In this document: in pieces, positions 19,021-28,325 of the stretch | Numbering within the stretch: the stretch's first letter is position 1 | Layout: the number at the start of each line of letters is the position of its first letter | IMG/VR virus record: IMGVR_UViG_3300048591_000302 | Coordinates: 6,749 to 70,748 of that record | Direction: 5' to 3' (one strand) | Length of the DNA stretch: 64,000 nt | From: a virus | Position numbers and translations under genes: made by a program | The notes under the pieces: generated by a model | The model's database searches: none | The model's input: the letters and a program-made list of their open reading frames with translations, nothing else | Told to the model about the DNA's origin: nothing

Positions 19021-19892
19021 GTTATTTGGACGACTTGCTTTCGTTTGTTGAAACAGATGTTGCAACCACCAGAGAGAAGGTGAGTAAGGGTGCTTTCCCG
19101 TACCCTGGTGGCAAGTCACGTTCGCTAGGCAATCTGTTGCCTCTGCTCCCTTACCGGAACAAGTACATCGAATTGTTCGGTGGTAGTGGTGTCGTGTTCA
19201 TGAATCGGAAGAGGTCCAAGTGTGAGGTCTTCAACGACAAACACGCTGGCTTAGTTGACTTCTTCAAATCGTGTCGTGAGAAACCAGATGATGTAATCGA
19301 GTATTTGAAGCAGTTTCCATTCTCTCGCGAGGATTTCATTGACTGTCGAGATACTTGGGTTACGACAACCGATCCGTTGGAGCGTGGTTGCAAATGGTTC
19401 TATTCCATTATCAACAGTTTCACGTCCCAAGGTCGTAATTTCGGACGCAGTTTGCAGGATAGCTCTGCTAAGCATTTGCGCAGAGAACCTATCATCAAAG
19501 AAATCGCAGCTCGGTTCAAAGATGTTCTAATCGAGAACCAGGATTTCATGCAACTGCTCAAGGATTATGATTCAAGTGATTCAGTTTTCTATCTGGACCC
19601 ACCGTATATCGGTGACTTGTGTTCAACTATGAGCGGATTCTATAAGCATATGATGACACGTGAAGAGCATTTAGCTCTGATCGAACAAGTGTTCAAGATG
19701 AAAGGGTTCGTTGCTGTAAGCAGTTACAAGAATCCGCTCTACGAGCCATACCCTTGGACTCGCGTTGAATGTTGGGAGATTATGCTCAGCATGAAAGGCT
19801 GTGCTTTCACTGAATCGAACAAATTGTTGGAGCTACGGGATCGTAGCGAAAGTCGTCCGATGCGTTACGAATATCTATATATCAAGGAGTAA
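19017..19892 (+). CDS. dam: DNA adenine methyltransferase (Dam/D12 class)
   Basis: FPYPGGKS, ELFGGSG, VFND and YLDPPY. Confidence 0.9.
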   Translation: MSYLDDLLSFVETDVATTREKVSKGAFPYPGGKSRSLGNLLPLLPYRNKYIELFGGSGVVFMNRKRSKCEVFNDKHAGLVDFFKSCREKPDDVIEYLKQFPFSREDFIDCRDTWVTTTDPLERGCKWFYSIINSFTSQGRNFGRSLQDSSAKHLRREPIIKEIAARFKDVLIENQDFMQLLKDYDSSDSVFYLDPPYIGDLCSTMSGFYKHMMTREEHLALIEQVFKMKGFVAVSSYKNPLYEPYPWTRVECWEIMLSMKGCAFTESNKLLELRDRSESRPMRYEYLYIKE

Positions 19893-19894
19893 AT

Positions 19895-20485
19895 ATGTTC
19901 AAGCATTTCAATAGTAATCTCTTGTGTACGGTGACCGCGACCCTCACTGGTCCTCGTCATATTGAGAACGATATCGTGGATATCTGCATCTGCCCGGTAA
20001 ATCACGATTTCACCGTTTCGGCAGATTTCCCGATCTTCTATGGGATATTGGAACCACGAAGAGATGGTGTGCTCGATACAGGCTACTGCCCCAGAAACAA
20101 GTATGAAGAGTTAATGAAGTATGCTCAGAATCCATATGATGTGTCCGATCAACTTGTGCGCTGGTTTGACAAAATCAAACTGCGCGAAGGTAAGAAGATT
20201 ATGCCTTTGGCGTACAACTGGCCAGTGCTAAGCAAGTTCCTCCTGGACTGGCTGGGTGAATTGGATTTCGAGTACGTTTTCGATCATCAATATCGTGACC
20301 TGTTGAGTATGGCAACTTTCTTGAACGATAGGAAAGTCTGGAACTTCCAGCTTGCAGCCTATCCAAAAACCAAGTTGTCATATTTGGCAAGTCAATGTAA
20401 AGTACAATACAAAAAACATGACCCAGTTACACAGGAGGGACTGGCGATTATGCAAATCTATAAGCAAATGCTTAGTAACAACTAA
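19895..20485 (+). CDS. DEDD 3'-5' exonuclease-fold protein, catalytic residues apparently lost
   Basis: Layout matches DnaQ-like proteins, but ExoI reads TATLTG and ExoII reads AYNWPVL. Confidence 0.55.
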   Translation: MFKHFNSNLLCTVTATLTGPRHIENDIVDICICPVNHDFTVSADFPIFYGILEPRRDGVLDTGYCPRNKYEELMKYAQNPYDVSDQLVRWFDKIKLREGKKIMPLAYNWPVLSKFLLDWLGELDFEYVFDHQYRDLLSMATFLNDRKVWNFQLAAYPKTKLSYLASQCKVQYKKHDPVTQEGLAIMQIYKQMLSNN

Positions 20486-20499
20486 GTGGAAAGGTAGAA

Positions 20500-20943
20500 A
20501 TGTGGAATTGTTCCCTATACATCAGTGGTGGTAGTATTGCAGTCGTTCCATATGACAGCTCAATACATGCCAGTAGTAACTTGATTTTCAGGCACGAACT
20601 GAACACAGCTCTTGAAGAGAGTTACACGAAATGGCAGAATAAGAACAATATTGGTAGGATTCTTGTTCTTAGCCACTGTTATGCAGTACAGAAAAGTATT
20701 CTTGTAACCTTGTTCAAACATCATGAAGAGCTGTTCCACTATAACTATAAGGACGTTGCAGTAGTTGCTGCTGCGATCAATGATAAGCGTGTTTATCGTG
20801 GCGAACCACCACTTTTCACAGGCTTGTCACTCAAGGTTATCTGTGGCATGCTCAAAATCAAAAATGAGGATGAGCTTGATTCGGTATCGAACGCTTGCAA
20901 AATCATAGAAGTGTACAGGGCAATGATGAAGGGAGTACTATGA
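20500..20943 (+). CDS. Second degenerate DEDD exonuclease-like paralog
   Basis: LFHYNYKD...AINDK...SLKVICGML...IIEVYRAMM aligns with FDHQYRD...FLNDR...KLSYLASQC...IMQIYKQML of the upstream gene. Confidence 0.5.
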   Translation: MWNCSLYISGGSIAVVPYDSSIHASSNLIFRHELNTALEESYTKWQNKNNIGRILVLSHCYAVQKSILVTLFKHHEELFHYNYKDVAVVAAAINDKRVYRGEPPLFTGLSLKVICGMLKIKNEDELDSVSNACKIIEVYRAMMKGVL

Positions 20944-21941
20944 AAGTCACATACGTCAAAAGCAAAGTTGCATATTGGAACCAGACATTTCTGGATCTGA
21001 TGGAGATGGCTGACATTACGGTCGATGATGTCTCCTACGATTATGCTCTCGCAATCAACACCTATCGGAATCACTATAAGGTTCCTACCAAGGTGAAATG
21101 GATCACGTGGGTGCAGGACCATCCATGTGAGGTCGAGGAACAAGCGGAACTGTTCAACGAACATACGGATGACGTAATCATCGGTTATGAAAGTCCGTAT
21201 AAAGCCTTGGGCTTCGACAGCAAGAGGCTTTACAGCATTCCGTTTCCAGTCGGTCGCAGGTTGTTCAAGCCGAAGACAATCTCTAAGAGGTACGATATCG
21301 TCTTCGTGAGCAACAAGGGACTTTATGTCTACAATCATGCACCATTGCAGCTGTATAAGGTGATCAAGAAGCTCGAAGCTATCTATGCTGAGACTCTGAA
21401 ACCGTTGACAGACAAAGAGATTCATGAAATCTGCATGAACGATAATGAGTTCTATACATACTACAATACGCATGTGAAGGTTGATCTGCGTGAGAAGTTC
21501 ATGTCGCTGTTCATCTATTGGCTTGTTTGCGAGTGTCTCTATCGTCAAGCGATGGTAGATCATTGCATCAAGCAGGGCTTCAGTGTTCACGTCTGGGGTG
21601 TAGGTTGGAAGAAGAATCCCAAATACTGCCATATCGCTTCTGATATGGTCAGTGAAGGTGATTTGGTTCATGCCTACAGCCTTGGCAAGTATGTTTTGCA
21701 CCTGAACAGTCTTGGTGGTGTACATCAACGTCCGATCGAAGCACTCTATTGTGGATGTAAGGTGCTGAACCCAATGCAGGGATCAGACCATCCAGAAACG
21801 TTCGATGCAGATGCACACTATACGGAGACAAAACGGCGTATTCAAACACAATTTCACAACATCGTGAATCATGTACCATGTTCTGCACAACTGTGGGACA
21901 TCATGGACGTGAGTAAATACACTTACAAGGAGATACTATGA
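20940..21941 (+). CDS. GT-B glycosyltransferase (CgeB / Glyco_trans_1_2-like)
   Basis: YDIVFVS, VHVWGVGW and AYSLGKYVLHLN...HQRPIEALYCG; ATGA start at 20940. Confidence 0.7.
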   Translation: MKVTYVKSKVAYWNQTFLDLMEMADITVDDVSYDYALAINTYRNHYKVPTKVKWITWVQDHPCEVEEQAELFNEHTDDVIIGYESPYKALGFDSKRLYSIPFPVGRRLFKPKTISKRYDIVFVSNKGLYVYNHAPLQLYKVIKKLEAIYAETLKPLTDKEIHEICMNDNEFYTYYNTHVKVDLREKFMSLFIYWLVCECLYRQAMVDHCIKQGFSVHVWGVGWKKNPKYCHIASDMVSEGDLVHAYSLGKYVLHLNSLGGVHQRPIEALYCGCKVLNPMQGSDHPETFDADAHYTETKRRIQTQFHNIVNHVPCSAQLWDIMDVSKYTYKEIL

Positions 21942-22438
21942 TCGTCGGATTTACAGGATTCAAACAGAGCGGCAAAGATACTGCCGCGCTTGCATTGTAT
22001 GAGATGGGTTACGAAAAGGTAAGCTTTGCACATCCAATCTACCAGATTGCAGCCATCTTCGATTTCGATCTTGACGACAAGAACGCTGTTCATCCTGTTT
22101 GGAGGATCACGCTGAGACAGTTCCTTCAGGTGGTTGGGACTGAAATGTTCCGTAACATAATGGATGATGACGTTTGGATCAAGCACATGGAGCATATTCA
22201 TGGCCTCCCTGAACGGGCGGTGGTCACGGACGTTCGTTTCCCTAATGAAGCGGCCTTCATCCGGCGCAAGGGTGGGATCGTGATTCGGATTTGTCGTGAT
22301 ACAAAGGAATACGATTGTCACGCTTCAGAAATGGGGCAATCAAGTATCACACCTGATTACACAATCAACAATAATGGTTCGGTGGAAGAACTACATCAAG
22401 CAGTAAGGAGTATTCTCGATGCGCGCAATATTGATTGA
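21938..22438 (+). CDS. Deoxynucleoside monophosphate kinase
   Basis: GFKQSGKDT P-loop, SFAHPI, RQFLQVVGTE, DVRFPNE and HASE. Confidence 0.92.
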   Translation: MIVGFTGFKQSGKDTAALALYEMGYEKVSFAHPIYQIAAIFDFDLDDKNAVHPVWRITLRQFLQVVGTEMFRNIMDDDVWIKHMEHIHGLPERAVVTDVRFPNEAAFIRRKGGIVIRICRDTKEYDCHASEMGQSSITPDYTINNNGSVEELHQAVRSILDARNID

Positions 22439-22757
22439 TTCCGTCAAGCAGGAAGTTCGTGAGATCGATCTCGATATCGAGAAGATCGCTGAAACAATTG
22501 GCTGTGAACTGTTCACAATCGTTGGGTACAAGCCTTACACATTCTTCGTGGATGATGAAGGCTTGCTCAAAGACCCGAGGAATTGGTTCACTATTGTCGG
22601 TGCTGGCTACCAGTGGTTCGCTGGTAATGGTCTCATTCTCAATGGAACCTACGACTGCGAGCCATGCACTATGTCCCTTGATGAAGCGAAGAAACTGATT
22701 GTTTTCGCCCGTGGTCGGAATCTAACGATCCCAAGTGTACAGGTATATTCACTATGA
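22419..22757 (+). CDS. DUF3846-like protein
   Basis: FVDDEGLLK...FAGNGLI pattern. Confidence 0.6.
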   Translation: MRAILIDSVKQEVREIDLDIEKIAETIGCELFTIVGYKPYTFFVDDEGLLKDPRNWFTIVGAGYQWFAGNGLILNGTYDCEPCTMSLDEAKKLIVFARGRNLTIPSVQVYSL

Positions 22758-23185
22758 AATGGCACGAATATTTTCTGAATGTCTGTGCGGTTGTTGCTGG
22801 TAAAAGCAAAGATGAATCAACCAAAGTGGGAGCAGTCATCGTTGGACCAGATCATGAAATCCGGTCAACCGGTTACAACGGCTTCCCACGCGGTGTCAGA
22901 GAGCTGAAGGATCGGCAACATCGACCGTTGAAGTACCGTTACACTGAACATGCTGAGCGCAATGCTATTTACCAAGCGGCGAGAGCTGGAGTATGCACAA
23001 ACAAGTGTACGCTCTATGTGAATTCGTTGCCTCCGTGCGCAGATTGTGCCAGAGCAATTATCCAAGCAGGTATTGTTGAAGTCTACTTTGCCTGCGCTGA
23101 TGTACCAGAACGCTGGTATGATGATTGGATAATCAGTCAAACAATGTTCAAAGAAAGTGATGTGATTTGTGAAAACATTTTCTGA
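22754..23185 (+). CDS. dCMP deaminase
   Basis: SKD..TKVGAVIV, STGYNGFPRG, HAERNAI and PCADC. Confidence 0.93.
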   Translation: MKWHEYFLNVCAVVAGKSKDESTKVGAVIVGPDHEIRSTGYNGFPRGVRELKDRQHRPLKYRYTEHAERNAIYQAARAGVCTNKCTLYVNSLPPCADCARAIIQAGIVEVYFACADVPERWYDDWIISQTMFKESDVICENIF

Positions 23186-23501
23186 GTATCAAGCAGCAGC
23201 CGCGACAACCGCAATCTACCCCAAGACTGGGATGCTCGGTCTGACATATGTCGCTCTTGGTCTTGGCGAGGTTGGTGAAGTACAGGGTAAGATCAAGAAG
23301 ATCATTCGTGACAATGCCTGTGTAATCACGGATGAGGCAAAGAAAGAAATTGGCAAGGAGCTTGGTGACGTGCTTTGGTATCTTGCCAACATGTGTACGG
23401 AGCTTGATCTTGACTTCGGAGAGATTGCACAATCAAATCTTGATAAGTTGGCATCAAGAAAAGAACGTGGCGTCCTTCAAGGGAGCGGAGATAACCGATG
23501 A
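23169..23501 (+). CDS. MazG-like nucleoside triphosphate pyrophosphohydrolase
   Basis: GEVGEV..KIKK, KELGDVLWY and NLDKL..R.ERG..GSGDNR. Confidence 0.9.
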   Translation: MKTFSEYQAAAATTAIYPKTGMLGLTYVALGLGEVGEVQGKIKKIIRDNACVITDEAKKEIGKELGDVLWYLANMCTELDLDFGEIAQSNLDKLASRKERGVLQGSGDNR

Positions 23502-23577
23502 AGCGCTTAGGCAGAAAGCAGTCTCAAGAACTCAAAGATATGAAGGAAAAATGGAATGAAAAAAATGGGAGGCTATA

Positions 23578-23727
23578 ATGATTGATTATTATACCGTTAA
23601 GAAGCAAGAAGAATTCGATAAGGTTACGAAACCTAAGCAGTACAAACGTATCAAGCCGAGGGTTGATCGTAACGGGCCTTGTCCGTGTGGTAGTGAACTG
23701 AAAGCAAAGAAGTGTTGTTACAAATGA
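23578..23727 (+). CDS. 49-aa SEC-C motif protein (absent from the ORF track)
   Basis: Hand translation MIDYYTV...RVDRNGPCPCGSELKAKKCCYK; GGGAGG RBS. Confidence 0.75.
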   Translation: MIDYYTVKKQEEFDKVTKPKQYKRIKPRVDRNGPCPCGSELKAKKCCYK

Positions 23728-23906
23728 TTACATTAATGTGCACCTTAGTCTCGGTATGTCTTTCGAGCGCAAGCTTCATCGGACTCATGTACTTCGGTTT
23801 CGGGATCGAAATCCAAAACATTTGGGCATTCTTCGTGCTATTCGCGGCTTGGAAAGTGTTTTCTAATCTGGCACGCGCTTTCGCGAAGAGTGTGAAGGTG
23901 GAATGA
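23724..23906 (+). CDS. Small two-TM membrane protein
   Basis: Two hydrophobic stretches; ATGA-coupled. Confidence 0.5.
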   Translation: MITLMCTLVSVCLSSASFIGLMYFGFGIEIQNIWAFFVLFAAWKVFSNLARAFAKSVKVE

Positions 23907-24205
23907 TGCCATTTTATCACAGGGAATTAGTTTTGGTCGAAGCCATTCAATTGAGATGGGCGACTTGGAACGAGATTTGTGCGTTCCTTGGAGACACAAT
24001 CAATGATAGTAATCCAGGATTCTTTGGACCAGCCTCAGATACGTGCGGAGAATGTGGTCCTGATTACATAAATATTAAGATTCCTACGCCTATAGGTGAA
24101 CAGATAGTCCAGCACCGTGATTACGTAATCCAGGGCGTGAATGGTGAGTTCTATGCTTGCAAGCCAGATGTCTTTGCTGAGATATATGAGAAGGTGGGAT
24201 CATGA
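23903..24205 (+). CDS. Conserved phage hypothetical protein
   Basis: VEAIQ...DYVIQGVNGEFYACKPDVFAEIYE, a widespread phage motif. Confidence 0.7.
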   Translation: MMPFYHRELVLVEAIQLRWATWNEICAFLGDTINDSNPGFFGPASDTCGECGPDYINIKIPTPIGEQIVQHRDYVIQGVNGEFYACKPDVFAEIYEKVGS

Positions 24206-24429
24206 ACTACTATACACCAGAAACCCACGAATGTTTGGATAATCAAATGAATCAGTGCAGTATTGTAACAAACTATGTATGCAGCCGATTGTGGAACAAG
24301 TGTAAATATTGCAAACTTGACGAAGATGGATGTTGCATTTACATGGGCTATACAGGCGAATGCCGTAATTCTGAAGCAAGATGTGATCAAAAGGAACACG
24401 AACATGAGCGTAAGATATATGTGCCGTGA
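24202..24429 (+). CDS. Cys-rich small protein
   Basis: Many Cys residues; ATGA-coupled. Confidence 0.45.
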   Translation: MNYYTPETHECLDNQMNQCSIVTNYVCSRLWNKCKYCKLDEDGCCIYMGYTGECRNSEARCDQKEHEHERKIYVP

Positions 24430-24659
24430 TTTCGAACGCTGTCCATATTGGAAGTGTGATCTGATTAACAATTTCCTTTGTGGATGGAGAAATCACAAGA
24501 GTGAATGTTCAAACCCACAGGCACACGCAAGATGTGAACAGATTATTGAGTATAAATGTCCCGGTGAAGAAGGATGCGCGTACAAAGAGGGCAACGATTG
24601 TGTGTGCAAAGTGAGAAGCGGTCCTCGTAGCGGTAACTGTACAAACAAGAAGGCACAAC

Positions 24660-24989
24660 ATGAAATGGCAAGAACTGAGAAAATGGCGGCGCAAGGGTAA
24701 GGATTTCCTGATTGAAGTAACACACTATGATGAGTCGATCTGGAACATCCACCTGTATCTCTATCCAGATCATCCTCTTTTCAAGGCTGATCGTAGAGCG
24801 TTCGATCAGGCACCGGGACATTGTTACATTTCATTGTTTCAGCGGAATCGACTCAACAGCGATACTGATACGTCTTTACAGGTCGGTTGGGACTACAATC
24901 ACGAAGGCGATGATTACTATCGTGATCTTCGTGATCCGGGACCAATACTCGCGGATGCTGACAAACTGTATGATTGGGTAATCAAATGA
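24660..24989 (+). CDS. Hypothetical phage protein
   Basis: WNIHLYL.PDHPLF...VGWDYNHEGD motif. Confidence 0.6.
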   Translation: MKWQELRKWRRKGKDFLIEVTHYDESIWNIHLYLYPDHPLFKADRRAFDQAPGHCYISLFQRNRLNSDTDTSLQVGWDYNHEGDDYYRDLRDPGPILADADKLYDWVIK

Positions 24990-25205
24990 TTTCTTTTGAT
25001 GAGAGCGAAATCAGCAAAGAGGAATTTGAAAAATTAATTGCTGATAATGATGTGTTCAAAATTCATTCAGGCGATGCTTGTCTTTGTATTCCCAAAGCAA
25101 GCGTCACGTTTCAAGGTATGGTTGACCTTCATCTGTTGGATAAATTGATTAAACAAGCAAAAATGTCAAGCGATATTGTAGAACTTTCAAACTTAGGATA
25201 ATCAA

Positions 25206-25844
25206 ATGACAGAAGAGGGCCCTTTTACTTATTTTCCTAACGAGTGTAATGAAGGTAAAACAATGAAACCATGTCCGTTCTGCAAGTCAAGCGATCTGAA
25301 GTACTACTCAGGATGGCCGAAGAAGATCAAGGAAGCTGAGAAGTTACAACATCTGATGCGTAAGCCTACAATAACGTGTAGAGGCTGTGGCATCGAGTTC
25401 AGTTCAGGTGTATTCGGTTGCGGCTACAATGATAAGTACGCCTATGATGTCACGGTACAAGTCTGGAACACCCGCGTCTTTGAGAGCCATGACCATCTTG
25501 TAGCCGAGAACAAACAGCTGCACGATATGATCTATGATTGTCAAACCCAGATTCACGGATACAAACGCAAGCTTGAAACCTGCGTCATCCACGAGAATGT
25601 TTTGCTGAACGTCGCACAGCTCGATGTCTGGTATGCTTCGATAGCCAAAGGCTACAAAGCTTGCAGGAAGTGCGGTGCGCCGGTAAGAGGAAACGGTTGC
25701 TGCATATTCTGTGACGCGTGGGACTCCGGAACTGAATTTCGCTGGATCAACGCAAGTGCTGATTCAGTGGTCGCGTTCAAGAATGAACTGGACTGGCTTC
25801 TTGCTAAGTACGGTGCTAAGATTGATGGTGTAATCAAAATGTAA
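25206..25844 (+). CDS. Lar-like (restriction alleviation) zinc-ribbon protein with C-terminal extension
   Basis: KPCPFC...CRGC...VWNTR, then a coiled coil and CRKC...CIFC. Confidence 0.55.
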   Translation: MTEEGPFTYFPNECNEGKTMKPCPFCKSSDLKYYSGWPKKIKEAEKLQHLMRKPTITCRGCGIEFSSGVFGCGYNDKYAYDVTVQVWNTRVFESHDHLVAENKQLHDMIYDCQTQIHGYKRKLETCVIHENVLLNVAQLDVWYASIAKGYKACRKCGAPVRGNGCCIFCDAWDSGTEFRWINASADSVVAFKNELDWLLAKYGAKIDGVIKM

Positions 25845-26042
25845 GGAGCTTATGTATGAATGACTATGTTTGGTTTGAAAACGGTTGCATCAATTTCTTC
25901 AATACTGATGGTGAACGGTTTGTTGTTATTCTTGCAAATGTTTTTGAGTGCAGATTCGTTTGTGAAGATAATGATGTATTACTAAAAGTTACCTTCACCG
26001 ATAATGCAACAGTCCACTACAAGCTTAAAAGGATGAACAAAG

Positions 26043-26762
26043 ATGAGCAAATCTAAGCACTATGAGATGTCCAAACTTCATTTTGAAGATTTGACACGGC
26101 AGGTAGAGTTCAACAGCACAAGTGGATGGCGGCCTGTAGGCTTGCCAACATTCAAAGAGCATGAGAATTACAGGTTCAAGCCACCGCACGATATCGAGGG
26201 TAATAAGATGTTCGTTGGACCATGGTACGTGAAGGACAAGACACCATTCAGGATCACGCGACTCGATATCAGCGCAACATACAACGATTACAACTTCAAA
26301 TCTGTGACTATCTGCTATTGGAACGGTTCGAGCGGTGACGTGTATCCATGGGAGATCATGGGTGCGCATAAAGTGATTATTGAATCAAAGCACAAAGAAA
26401 TTATGGCTTGGCATTATGCTGATCCATCCTTGCCTATATTCTACCGTGCTAAAAATGGTCTTGCTTGGCAAGTATGTGGCAGACCTATAAGCTTCCGTGA
26501 GGATTGGGAATACAAGCTCGGTGATCCTTTGGACGCCCATGGTAATCTATTCAGGGTAGGTGAATGCTATACGTGCAACGGTTCGACATTTATTTTACTG
26601 GATGTTGATAGCCGCAGAGCTAAAGTATTGAATAGCGATGAATCGTTGTATGATTTGCCAATCATAGAAATTAAGGGTGCTGTTCCGTGCTACGAAAATC
26701 GTGTACTCAGCGCGTTCATCAAAATCTTATTTAGGAGTTACTATGAAAAGCCGACACAGTGA
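26043..26762 (+). CDS. Hypothetical protein with two copies of a repeated module
   Basis: H..(LIM)..H..D...W....P..F.E...Y....D..GN...VG..Y present twice. Confidence 0.6.
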   Translation: MSKSKHYEMSKLHFEDLTRQVEFNSTSGWRPVGLPTFKEHENYRFKPPHDIEGNKMFVGPWYVKDKTPFRITRLDISATYNDYNFKSVTICYWNGSSGDVYPWEIMGAHKVIIESKHKEIMAWHYADPSLPIFYRAKNGLAWQVCGRPISFREDWEYKLGDPLDAHGNLFRVGECYTCNGSTFILLDVDSRRAKVLNSDESLYDLPIIEIKGAVPCYENRVLSAFIKILFRSYYEKPTQ

Positions 26763-27213
26763 ATTGATCAGAGAATATTATGAGGACATAACTCAGGATG
26801 TCTGGGGACGAGTAAGCTGTTCAGACTCTTGGCGCCTGTGCGTTAAGCCAATAGCCTTCAATGAAGACTATGAGTATGAGCTTGGTGCGCTTAGAGATAA
26901 ACATGGTGAAGTGATTGAGATAGGTGGGTGCTACGTACTAAATGGTCGAGTATTCGTTGTTCGATTCCTAAAAGACCGTGAAGTACATATCCAGTATCTG
27001 GATAATAACTACAGAGTCAGTTTTAGTGTAAAACAGATGCTGGAAGCTGAACCTTGTCGGAATATCGGTACTCTGAAATATGCTATCGGCAGATTACAGA
27101 ATCAGATAGCTATACTCGAATATCTTACTGATGTTCACAGACCGTTCGAAGGTGAAATCGGACCATGTAACGATAAAGTAAAGGTGAACGCATGCACAAA
27201 AATGCCAGCGTAG
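26743..27213 (+). CDS. Paralog carrying the same module
   Basis: AGGAG RBS; RHSELI...WRLCVKPIAFNEDYEY...DKHGEVIEIGGCY. Confidence 0.6.
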   Translation: MKSRHSELIREYYEDITQDVWGRVSCSDSWRLCVKPIAFNEDYEYELGALRDKHGEVIEIGGCYVLNGRVFVVRFLKDREVHIQYLDNNYRVSFSVKQMLEAEPCRNIGTLKYAIGRLQNQIAILEYLTDVHRPFEGEIGPCNDKVKVNACTKMPA

Positions 27214-27686
27214 TCAAACATTGGGTCGTAGACACGAATCGTCGGGTCGAGTTCTTAAGACAAGATGAAACATGGCGACCACTAACAGGGGTCACATTAC
27301 ATGACTTCGAATATGCGTTAGCAAGATTTGCTTACCCAATCGACAGTAATTGGCGCGAGATGGTGGTCGGAAATGAATACTATAATGATGCATTTGGCTA
27401 CTTCATTTTCCACGGTCGTGTAGATGCTGCAAGCTTTTCCATTGGTCAGCTACACAAGGCACAATGGGAGCTTGATGGAGCCAAACCGAAGTGTGAAATG
27501 TTTGGTGAAATGGAATATATTCCTCACCTGATACCGGAAGGCTTCCGGGTGCTTACAGCTGAGGAACAGTTTAACAAGGGTGACTATTTTTTGAAGAGTT
27601 GGTGTGGTTCAACCTACTGGGAAAAATTTACTCTAGGTGGGTCCACCATTGGCAATGCAATAGCAATAAGAAAGGTGAACACATGA
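27192..27686 (+). CDS. Divergent paralog carrying the same module
   Basis: VEF..WRP...FEY...PIDSNWREMVVGNEY. Confidence 0.55.
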   Translation: MHKNASVVKHWVVDTNRRVEFLRQDETWRPLTGVTLHDFEYALARFAYPIDSNWREMVVGNEYYNDAFGYFIFHGRVDAASFSIGQLHKAQWELDGAKPKCEMFGEMEYIPHLIPEGFRVLTAEEQFNKGDYFLKSWCGSTYWEKFTLGGSTIGNAIAIRKVNT

Positions 27687-27850
27687 CAGTCAGGGAGATC
27701 GAGGTTCTTACAACCTATGTGTGTGAGCATTGTGGTCACATTCATAAAAAACAATTTCAGATTCGTTGCAATGCTGATTGGTTACGCAATAGCATTCCAC
27801 CAAAGATGGAATGCCCTAAATGTAAGGAGGCGTATGAAAGAAGCAATTGA
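27683..27850 (+). CDS. Small zinc-ribbon protein
   Basis: CEHC...CPKC; ATGA start. Confidence 0.55.
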   Translation: MTVREIEVLTTYVCEHCGHIHKKQFQIRCNADWLRNSIPPKMECPKCKEAYERSN

Positions 27851-28325
27851 TCACGCAATCAAACTAAGGCTTATCCTAATTGAGGCTGGCGCAACAATGC
27901 CCTATGCGTTCGATGAAACACCGCTCGAAGAACCGGCAAGCTGGTTCTTCGGTGAGCTGTTACATCAACATACAGTTGCAATAGAGCTTGCAACCTTCAT
28001 GCACCAGATTCTCTATCGACTCACTGGCGAGATTGTTGATGCAAGTTCGATGACCAAAACTGTTGATAGTGACTTCTTCGTGGTCCAGCTCAAGAACGAG
28101 ATCGAGCTGATCCTTGAGGAAGCGAACCGGACCAAGTACATTGCTCAACGGATTCGCGACAGCAGCGGTCAAATCTTTGGTATTGCTTTCAGCGACGAAC
28201 CAAATAATCCTGAATCAATTGTTAGCTCAATCTATGACAAGATGAATATGGTCAAGGAAATTTATATAGAGATTACACGAATGATTAAGGAAACAATACA
28301 ACTATATGAGGAACAGAGACCATGA
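27834..28325 (+). CDS. Hypothetical helical protein
   Basis: AAGGAGG RBS before the ATG at 27834. Confidence 0.55.
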   Translation: MKEAIDHAIKLRLILIEAGATMPYAFDETPLEEPASWFFGELLHQHTVAIELATFMHQILYRLTGEIVDASSMTKTVDSDFFVVQLKNEIELILEEANRTKYIAQRIRDSSGQIFGIAFSDEPNNPESIVSSIYDKMNMVKEIYIEITRMIKETIQLYEEQRP

